From contig NC_068985.1 in NCBI RefSeq assembly GCF_001194135.2, forward strand, positions 22,618,379-22,682,378: a DNA stretch of 64,000 nucleotides, written 5' to 3'. The notes under the pieces are model-generated. The model ran no database searches, was not told the DNA's origin, and was given only the letters and a program-made list of their open reading frames with translations. Below are positions 50,901 to 61,000 of the stretch, piece by piece. The stretch comes from Octopus bimaculoides (taxonomy: Eukaryota). Position numbers and translations under genes: made by a program. Numbering within the stretch: the first letter of the stretch is position 1; the number at the start of each line of letters is the position of its first letter.

Positions 50901-53900
50901 TGTCACTCTACAAAGACGTGCTAGTTTTAAGGTATACATTCATATAGTTTTATCTAAGTTTAGGAAAATCAGTTAAAGAAGAAGCCACCAACCTAAGTTG
51001 CTACTTTTTGGTTATCTCATCCCCATTAAAAAACTGGGTTATCTCCCCACTAATAAAAACCTAGTTAATGTGGCGACAATAGATTGGATTAAGAGAGATC
51101 CTTTGGCCTCCTCAATAGGCATAGTATGATTAATTATCAGATTCAGTAAAATGTTAAATTTTTCTTTGTTTTATTGAGGGTTAAACAACTTTTTTAGTTG
51201 AAGGAGATAACCAAAGTACCGATATTTCTCGTAAAACGGAGGGAAATAACCCAATTTTTTAATGGGGGTGAGATAACCAAAAAGTACCCCCAAAGTTATA
51301 GATACTTAAGAAATGTATGTGTCCATACTAGAGACCGGCACTGTCATGGTATTAGCTGTCAGAAGTGAATGTAGAAAAATCTGACAAGGAACGTTACTGC
51401 TGGTTTGAGTTGATTCTTTGGCTACTGACAGCTAATACCATGACTGGCCGGAGCGAGCTATCTGTCTGTCTGTCTCTCTCTCTATCTATCACTCGAAAGT
51501 TATTGGAACAAATTTGACACCTATATCCATGCGTTTGAAAACACACAGAGTATAAGGGTACTACTAAAGCAGAGTGGTCCCGAACGCGCAGTCGCGCGTC
51601 CGCGCTAGCTAGTCGTGAGTGGTCGATCCTATTATTTTTTAACTTCAAACTTCATTTGTTTTCTATTTAGATAAATTCTCTCTGTTGAAAATTATATTTT
51701 TATATTTTAAATAATTTGCAATTTCAGAAAATATATTTTTATATTAAATTTGCGTTTTCTAATTTGATAAATTCTACGGACACAAACAGGTGAACGAGTG
51801 ATAGATAGATAGATAGATATAGAGAGAGAGATAGTGAGATAGACAGACAGACAGACAGATAGATAGCTCTGGCTAGTCAGTAGCCAAAGAATCAACTCAA
51901 ACCAGCAGTAACGTTCCTTGTCAGTTCTACTTTCAATTCTGACAGCTAATACCATGACAGTGCCTAGAGACCACCTGGTATGTGATGGTCTCGAGTGTGG
52001 ACGCTTGAATTTTGACTTGTAGATGTTTGCAGCAGACTGCTCCAGCTTTACAAAATAGACATTTAACAAAATAACTCAACAGAGAACATGCTCCTTCATT
52101 TTTCTTAAAGACCAGCTGGTTTTAAAAAGATATACCAAGGAATAAAATTGCCTATTATTACACTACCACTTGGCACATGGGTGTCTTACCCTTTTGTTGC
52201 CATATTTTTGATAAAATAAGCTGCTTTTGTTTAGTTAATTTTAAGATAATGAAGAATTTTATTAAAACAAATTTATGTCATAGAACTGGAGGCGGTCCCA
52301 AAAGGATTAGAGTCCAGTGTGCTGCATGTCTATGAGGTAACACACCCGGGGAACTCAGTATTATCACAAGAAAATATAAGTAAAAGTCATGTAACAACAG
52401 TTGCGAAACCACTAGGATAAACATTCCAAGAGGTTCGATTAGATGAAGTAATTTTATGTAGCTATTGTATCACCAATGCCACAATATGCCATAAGATTAA
52501 GACACACTGTGGAGTAAAAATAGCAGTTTACAGAGTCAAGAAAGGATCCACATTTAACAAAACAACTAGACAGACAACATGCACCTTCATTTTTCTCAAC
52601 AAGACCAGCTGGTTTTAAAAAGGTAAACCAAGGAATAGAATTTTCCCAATATATGACTACTGAAATGATCATACACAAATTTATAACGATGCTTGCTTAC
52701 TTAAATATTACACATACAGAATAGTGATCATGATGGTGTGGAGGGTATTTGTTTGAAATTTAGCTTCTTTTCAGCTGGACAATTAAGTTGGCAGCAAAAA
52801 GGCCATTTCCATGCGAGTAACTGCATACAGAAACGTCGATCACAAGAAGAGGACTCTCCAAGCTTGTAGGAATTCCTCTGGCAAAGGGATCGATGAAAAG
52901 GATTGTCAAATATATTGCTTATTCATTCACATTATTTTGACTTAATCATTCACTACCTCATATCTTCAATGATGTAATTGTATTCTTTGAGAATGACATT
53001 GTAAGGTAGGAGTGTGAGGCTGGTTATGGCCAGTTTCAATGCTAAAGTGTGAGCAGCAAGAGAACTATCAGGCCATGTAATGCATGGAAGAATCCTTCAT
53101 CAGCTGATGGTCTTGTAGGGGTTGCAGTGCTGGGTCTGATTTACGGAGGTGGGAGATTTTGTTCAAAGCATTATTCTTTGCCCAAGTGTACTAATTTGGG
53201 AATGTAGTGGTTATGTATAGGGGGTGGGAGTACTTGGCTAAAAGGATGCGTTTACTATTGCACTCCTGTATGATAGCCCAGAGATGAAGAACATGCACTA
53301 CCAGAAAAAAATTAGCACAGAACTAGCGGAGCCCCATCCAGTCAGGTAATATTGCATAGTATGCATATGGCAAAAAGATGAAATACCTATTTCAAGAGAT
53401 GGACTTCTCCCAAGTTGATTTTCCTCATTGACTTACAAAAGTACACTAAGATAGGTATCTTGTAATAATCAACAAAGGAAGGAGATTAAAGATGAAAAGT
53501 GAATAAATAAAAACATTGTCACAACACTCTCGGAACCACTAAAGAATTTGTCGATAGCAGCTCGATTTTATGAAGTAATTAATGTAGCTATTATAAACAA
53601 GGTCCACATAATATCCTAAAAAAAAGGACTATGTGGGGCGAAATAGCATTTATACTATTATATTCCTTATCATCATTTAATGCCTACTATTTCATACTTG
53701 CACAGGTAGATTGTCTATGGTCAGATGCTTTTCCTATCACCAACCCTCACCTGTTTCCAAGCAAAGTAATATTTCTTCATGGTTGGCATATTTTCAAAAG
53801 AATGAAAACAAAGGCTACAGCGTGTGTGATGGCAAGTCTCATCTACAACTCTCATAACACGACAACTTCTTTCAAATGTTACTTACCAAATCTACAGCAG

Positions 53901-55863
53901 AAGACATTAACCAGAAGTGCCACACAGTTGGTCTGCGCCCAAAACTAAACCTAATTGGAAATAGCTGAAGAGAAATGTGAAGTTCTAGTGGAAAACTCCC
54001 CACTCACTTGTATACAATACATACGTTTATGATTTTGTGGTTTTTTAATGCCAACTTTTATTACGGAACCTTATAAAAAAAAAAACTTCATACTTATAAG
54101 TGAATATATCTGCATAAAGTTATATGAACAAAGCAAGAAGGCGATATTACGCATAACTAGCACAAAAATTATGCACACAAAGCTAAGATAGTACTTCATC
54201 AAAGGTAGTGAATTGAGGAAGGAAAAAAAAATCCCGGCTTTTTCTACAAGTCGAATATTAAAATTAAGCACAGTTACCCTACAGCTTTTATCATCTATCC
54301 TGAATTGCCTTTCAGCTCTTTCTGTTTAATCAATTTACCTTTAACCTGTATGCAGGTTTTCTCACTATTATAGAGTCCTGTTTCAACGAAGATATTCAAC
54401 CACTATACACAATTGCATGGACCAGAAAATTTACACACAAATGCTGAGAGGTGGAAGGCAAAGCTTCTCCCTTTGTAATATAACGCACTAAAAACGAATA
54501 AAATAGCAACCAGATTCGAGGCAGTGTGGTTTCGAAGCCGATCCATACACTACGGGCAAAACTTCAATAGTCATAACTGAACAAATGAAAAGAAACAATT
54601 CTCACTAATTACAGCTAAAGCCAGGCATTTCCGATGCCCTTTCGATGTCTCGGGAAAATATATTAAGTTCTAAGTTAAAAAACCATTGTGTAGAGCTATA
54701 GGTTAAGTCCTGACATTAAAGATCACCATAGCTGCTACATCAGTACTGAAAGTCTATATCAAAGAACCATGTTGAACCCATCTCAGTACCCTTATTAGAA
54801 CACTGTCCACATTACCTTTCTTGTAAACAATGAAATATTTTTCATCGGTCAGTTTCAGAAGTTTAGTTGGTCTGTAATCTTAAATGATATACTCACCATC
54901 TGCTTTCTGCATAATAGACGGTTCGTTAAGAATTTCCTGGTACGTATTGTAGCTGCGCTTTCAGCCTGAAATAAAATTCACAACAATGAATTCACCAGAT
55001 GGATGTTTGAAAATAAGTGCTAAGTTCTTTTCAATCAGCCTGCTTTTGAAATTAATATTCACAAACTAAGAAGTTTTATATCGAACTCGAAGGAATGGAC
55101 ATGACGTTTTCGCTTCAGAAGCATTTGAAAGTTAATGAATAAAGGCGTAGTGCTTCTATTTAAATACCGTTCATAAACAAGCAAGTTATAAAGTGCAACA
55201 TGTTGAGAAGTCGGCAGGAACCGAAAACTATTTCAAAAGATATTTCACTAAGAATGCCGTGTAATTAAACATTTACTTCAAAGCAAATGTAATGTAGGTG
55301 TAAACAATTATACCGAATTAAAACTTGAACTACTTCAAGTCATATGATTATAATTTTTTTCCAATTTATATACTGTATAGCAACCCATGTTGTAACATGT
55401 ATAAAATCATATTAGTGTTAATTTGGTAATATTCAAAGTTACATTCCACGTGTTCTTGAAATGAAATTATTTTTACTTCGTTCCTTGATTAAAGAATATT
55501 TTACTGATAGTTTTTTAGGAATACTGAATTTAATACCGCTGTTTTCAATACCAACGATATATGAAATGCACCTCTACTAGCTCAGATATAAAATGAATTA
55601 CGTCGCATTTGCCAAGAAGTGAGTACAAATTTGAATCAATATTAAATATATACAACACATGCACATCATTAAAATGGCGACAAGTGCCATCAACATGAGA
55701 AATAAAACTAAAAAATATAGCTTATTACCATTATTTTAACGGAAAATCTCAATTTTAAATAAGTTAAATTCTTAAGCAATTAAAACTAACATAATTGAGC
55801 CTATAAAAATATTTTAAAAAACGACGATTGTAAACGATTTAAAGAGACAATCTAACTTACCAT
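44933..55863 (-). CDS. RPS24: 40S ribosomal protein S24 (eS24), 131 aa
   Basis: join (minus): 55863-55861 (ATG), 54965-54897 ([23 protein letters not shown]), 47225-47016 ([14 protein letters not shown]...KHRLAR), 46830-46720 (HGLYEK...GAGKK), 44935-44933 (TGA directly after a strong acceptor). All introns GT-AG, phase 0. Confidence 0.97.
48646..48779 (-). ncRNA. Box H/ACA snoRNA candidate, family B copy 1
   Basis: Hairpin GCTATT...AATAGC, H box ACATTA, second hairpin, ACA 3 nt from the end; 134 nt; sense to host RPS24. Confidence 0.75.
49276..49413 (-). ncRNA. Box H/ACA snoRNA candidate, family A copy 1
   Basis: GCTATT/AATAGC stem, H box ACATAA (49343-49348), hairpin GAACCA/TGGTTT, ACA at 49279-49281; 138 nt. 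Confidence 0.75.
49677..49762 (-). ncRNA. Box H/ACA snoRNA candidate, family A, 3' half only (cut by gap; probably the same locus as 50708-50847)
   Basis: Identical to 50708-50793. Confidence 0.4.
49763..50414. other. Assembly gap (652 N)
   Basis: Run of n. ORFs 49744-50481 and 49746-50465 are artefacts. Confidence 1.
50708..50847 (-). ncRNA. Box H/ACA snoRNA candidate, family A
   Basis: Same architecture, H box ACATAA, terminal ACA-TGA; 140 nt. Confidence 0.72.
51002..51286. mobile_element. Foldback MITE with about 46-bp inverted termini
   Basis: tactttttggttatctcatccccattaaaaaactgggttatctccc vs gggaaataacccaattttttaatgggggtgagataaccaaaaagta. Confidence 0.75.
51337..51964. mobile_element. 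Non-autonomous DNA transposon with about 160-bp TIRs and 8-bp TSD (Merlin-like by inference)
   Basis: TAGAGACC at 51329-51336 and 51965-51972. Termini GGCACTGTCATGGTATTAGCTGTCAGAA / TTCTGACAGCTAATACCATGACAGTGCC. Confidence 0.8.
52387..52525 (-). ncRNA. Box H/ACA snoRNA candidate, family A
   Basis: Same architecture; 139 nt; H box ACATAA; ACA at 52390-52392. Confidence 0.75.
53514..53648 (-). ncRNA. Box H/ACA snoRNA candidate, family B copy 2
   Basis: Paralog of 48646-48779 with a compensatory stem change (TCTT/AAGA to TCCT/AGGA); H box ACATTA; ACA at 53517-53519. Confidence 0.75.
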
Positions 55864-55895
55864 GGTGAATGGATCAGTACAGATACCGGAAGAGG
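55864..55895 (-). promoter_or_regulatory. RPS24 TCT initiator / 5'TOP leader
   Basis: Minus strand cCTCTTCCggtatc fits YC+1TYTYY, giving a 31-nt 5'UTR before ATG|gtaag. Confidence 0.75.
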
Positions 55896-57229
55896 ACGTG
55901 CAGGTCGAAAACCCGCAGTAAATTCAAGATTATATTATCAAGATTTTTATTTTTATAAAAGATAAATTTAGTAAATTATTATTTTTTTATAGTATAAAAA
56001 ATTAATGCTCTTTTATAATTATACTTCAAAAGTATTACTAATAATTTTGTATTATCGATAGCTATTTGGGAGTAAATTAGTCGGTAAGTGAATGTTTACC
56101 AAAGTTTGGAGGTATTCATCAGTGGTTTCCTTGTCACAAGGTATTATGTTAAAAACAATCTTTGTGTGAGCTTTTGAAAGATATACAATAGAATCTTTCG
56201 TTAAACGAAGCTATCACAGAGAATATATGATCTTTTACATATTGTTTAATTAATTTATGTCCATCCCATGATAAAGAAATAGCAGGTCGTATTTCTTCGA
56301 TGTAATTTCTTTAAAATGTGGTTTTCCTCTTCGAATGCACCTGAGGATGTTTATAGGTTTCGATTTCTCAGAGAATGTATATGCTTTAACCTGATACTTT
56401 TTTTCTCGACTATCGGTATCTCATCATTTATTTATCTCTAATCACACAAACAAAGCAATTGTATTTAATAAAATCTAAGAGAGTTTATTGAATATATCCA
56501 TTATCTATCTGCATATGTTTATACAAATAGAAATTAGCCTTATATCAAAGTTTATCTTACCCGTGCTTATTGTTCTCTTTTAATTTGTAATATGTTACAT
56601 TGAGTTTCTATGTGTGTTGACAAACATTTTAAACCTTATTGTTTTATTATATGTCGGTTTATGCAATATAGATATGGTTCCTTACAGATACCAACTTATC
56701 TATCATCTCCCAATCAATACGTCATTTCCTCGGCATTACTGAATAACTTGGGTTTCCTTTCGATTAAAGTTGCGTTCTTTAAATCCTGAAATTTGAAGAC
56801 ACTCCCTTCTTCTAGCGGAAGACACACTACCAGCTTTAATAAATATTGACTAAAAACAATATATAAGAGCCAACGACTGAACCTCAAAGTTGTTACGATT
56901 TCGACATCTATGTATGTTAACCCTAGTTTCTGAGGAGGGTGTTATGTAGAATATCTTTCGTATGATCTTAAGAAAATCCAACAGTGCTGGAGCCTAGGTT
57001 AGCCCTGTTCCAGCTGACTAATAATCAAGTATGTTCCAGTTATAACTATCCCGTTATTTTTCATTTTATGAAAGACAGTGCTTAAGCTAACGAAAGTGCT
57101 TTCGATTAAAAGACCAAATCCAACATTTCCCAACGAGAGAACCTCCACCTGGTCGCAATACCTGCTAGGGGAAAAAAAGGAAATCTCCCCCAAGCCTCAC
57201 TCTACCGTCTTAAAAAGAAAGAAAGAACA

Positions 57230-57279
<50 letters not shown>

Positions 57280-58024
57280 GCACACATATATATGATAACA
57301 TTATGTCTGTAAAAAGACAGTATGTTTATGGTTGTAAGGTACAATAATAATATAAATTTGAACATTTGTAAAACGTATGAATACTGTTGCAAGTAACCAA
57401 GCAAAATAATGGAAGTAATGTTTATTCAATATTGTGAAAGTATTAGTGTTCTGTTGTTTCATTTTCTTAAAAATTGAAATGCTGTTCCAATTTGTTTAAC
57501 AATAAAAATGTAATTGGAAATACTAACAAAAATATTTCTACACTTAAGATGTAAACGAAATACATTTACGAGGTAATCATTTGAATTAAAAATATTGAGA
57601 AAACATTCTTAGAGAAATGATACAAAATTCAAAAAGAATGTTTCTATAGAATTTGAAATTCTGTGGCTTTAATTTTCTACATATATTTATGATTATCATT
57701 TACATTCAAAACCTTGTGAAAAAGTAAAAGAGTACAACCCTAAGGCACTCATTAATGAATATTCAGGTATTCTGTAATAAATCCAGTATTTGAATGAATA
57801 TTTCTGTAGCCGGTACTCTTCCTGTAGCTAACCAGTCTTTCCATGATGTAGCCCTGGTGCTTGTCAATCATTGTAGACTGATGCAATACAATTCCATCAC
57901 ATTATTTTTATAACCCTCTTAAATACCACCCACTTACAAAATAATAGAAGTCATTCGTTGTTATGTATTCTGATGTATATTTCTAATATTATTTTCTTTA
58001 TTGTTTTGGTGTTTTAGTTTACAT

Positions 58025-61000
58025 ATGATGAGTCATGGGACCTCCCCTAAAAAGCTAAAACAATGTACGCTTGATGATCTATTCAATAAAAGATCAACAC
58101 CTGGACACAAAGGTATGTGTAATTGTCAATCATTTAAATTTCCTAGTTATTTCCTTATTTTGGCAAGGATATTGAAGCATTGAACTAGGATCATTGATGT
58201 ATCCAGTTCAGTGATTTTGGTTTAAAATTAAACACTATGAATTTTGCTCGATCATCATACTTGAGTTGATATCCGTTACAAAACAGACTTTGTATTCTGT
58301 AAAAAATTATGTTTATCCCTTGATTACCTCCATAATGTTGGTTTCTTTAATATTTGTGGTGACTGGAGTCAGTACTAACATTTGTATGAAGCTGAATTCA
58401 TAAAGTTGTAATATTTTTGCTTTTCCTTGTTTAAATGTTCCCCACTCTTCAGATTTCATGGATGTCAGAGATGTGAAGGTTACTAAGAAGCTTCATTCCT
58501 TCTACTTCTCAGCCATGATAATTCTGTAAGAAGTATTGCTGTTGAGAAAGCTCCTACATTTGCTGCCTGCTTTGCCTCCTGCACACACTTGGTAAATCTT
58601 AAATCTCCTTCAGAACTATCCCTCTTCATTCCACCAGGTTCGCCATATTCACCTCTGTGAAAGCACGTCTAGTTGCTTCAAACCGACAAGGAAGTGAGCC
58701 CTGACAATGTCCCCTCTTTCACTCTCAAATAATCTACCCTAGAACTTGCCAAATTCTTCAAACTTTCTGTCTGTCTGTCTCTCTCTCTCTCTCTCCCTCC
58801 AAAAACCTACCATAGTCTTTGTAAATCCACTTCAGTGCATGCCGTTCCCAAAAGAGCAACTCCTTTGACCCTTCCAGCTACTGCCCAATCACTTTCAATC
58901 AGCTTTGAGATGTTAGAAGTGAGACAGTCATTAACAACCACCTTCTCCATCACCTTGAAAATCTCTCCCTTTTCAATAACTCCTCTTAATTTTGTTTTGT
59001 TCCATGGAATTTCCATGGGTCACATTAGTTACTAATATTTGCATATTTATTGTAACTGTGTGGTGAGAGAGAAACAGATGAGACTGATGATGTTATTTAT
59101 TACTTCCTTATGGAAAAAATAAAGTTTAGGGAGAATTATATCAATAAATAAGATTTATAAAAAAGGAAGTATATTGCAATTTCTAGTGTATATGTAACAC
59201 TATTTTATACTTAATTTTAACTGAAGAGACTAGGGTGTAATTTATACATGAGGCAAAACTGGTATCAAATTTGAATATGAAGGGAAATAATATTGCATCA
59301 AGATTTGACACCAAATTTTAAGTGCTACTTAAAATTGAGAAAATACAGTAGTTTTTAATCTCAAAATATATCAGAAGTGAAGTGAAAAATATTTTCAGTT
59401 TAGCTAATAAAAATAAATAAAAATAATAGCATTACTAGGATAATCTGTAATTTTCAATTTGATAGTTATGTACAAACATTCATTGAGATGTTTCTAATGG
59501 ATATTGTATTGAATATCTCTCATACATTTTGAAATATATATATTCATATATTTTTGACTTCATAGCTACAATGCAAGATTCCTTCAAACGTGATGATAAA
59601 GATCTAAAAGTTACTGATTCTCAACCAATTCTGGATAATAAATTATCAGAAAGTGATGACTTGTTGGGAGAAAAGAGGTAATTCCTTTACTATTCCATTT
59701 ATTTTTCTCATTCTTTTTTTCTTCTTTTATTTAAAGATTTATATAACTTCTATGCGTTTATTCTTGTATGTTGGTTTGAGTTTATGGAAAAATGTCTAGG
59801 AACTGATTACAACTGTTTCTTTAGTAGTTAGCTTCCATGAGAATTAAGAGTCTCTTTTACAGTAAGAATCATTTAAGGATATATTCCCTACTTATCTCTG
59901 CTATTTGGCTGATCTCAATCCAAGTGGCACAATTGTTGTTTTGGACAATGACTTCTGCTCCAGTGTTAAGGAATGTTAGCTCTGTCTTGGCAAACTATTA
60001 GGTTGGCAACTAAGTTCCTGCCGTTTTTTTAAATTTAAATTTTTTAAAAGGTTTAATAAAAAATAACAACTAATTAATCAATAATGTATTCACCCTTGTT
60101 GTTTACAACTTCTTCTCAACGTTCAACAAGTTGGTAGAAATCCCCCGATTTTGACTCGAAAAATTGATTCAACCAAGCTCTCAAATCTGTATCAGTATTG
60201 AATGAAACTCCGTGCATAGCATTTGAAAGAGATCGAAAGAGGTGAAAATCCATTGGTGCCAAATCAGGAGAGTACAGCGAGTGTGGCAGCACTTCCCAGC
60301 CATGCGTTTGAATGGCTTCCTTGGCCATATTGGCAATATGAGGGCTGGCGTTGTCGTGCAGTAGAAGAACTCCATGCTGTCGATTAGGTCTTTTCTCTTG
60401 AGTTGTTCCATCTGTTGAACACAGATTCCATGTTGACCATTTGGTTCCGTTCAAGCGATTTGTAATGGATAATCCCTTCCCAGTCCCACCATACACACAA
60501 CATTGTTTTACATAGATGAAGATCTTGTTTCACACGCAGTGTCGTTTGTTTACCGGGGCTAAGCCATTCCTTACGCTGCTTCATATTGATGTACAGGCAC
60601 CATTTTTCGTCACCAGTAACGATTCAGTAAAGAAATCGTTGCTTGTGTCCATGAGTTGAGCGGTGACGAGCAAGCAAACCAGCGGAGATTGTGGCTTGTT
60701 GATTTTGTTGGTTGGCATTAGGAAGGGCATCCAGATCAGATTAGAGCCTGGTGCAGCTGCTGGCTCTCCAGACCTCAGTCAAACTGTCCAATCCATGCCA
60801 ACATGGAAAATGGACGTTAAACGATGATGATGAAGATGATGATATTTGTGTGTGCATGTGTATGTCTTTGTGTTTTCTTTCTGCCACTACTTGTGTCAGT
60901 CTGTTTTTGTCCCCAAACTTAGTGGTTCACCAAAAGAGACCAGTAGCATAAGTAACAGGTTTTAAGAAATAGGTGCTGGGGTTGATTTGTTCAGCTAAAA

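Noticed and set aside
54600-54780. Hairpin followed by ACACAA in RPS24 intron 2
   Set aside because: No second hairpin and box in the correct arrangement.
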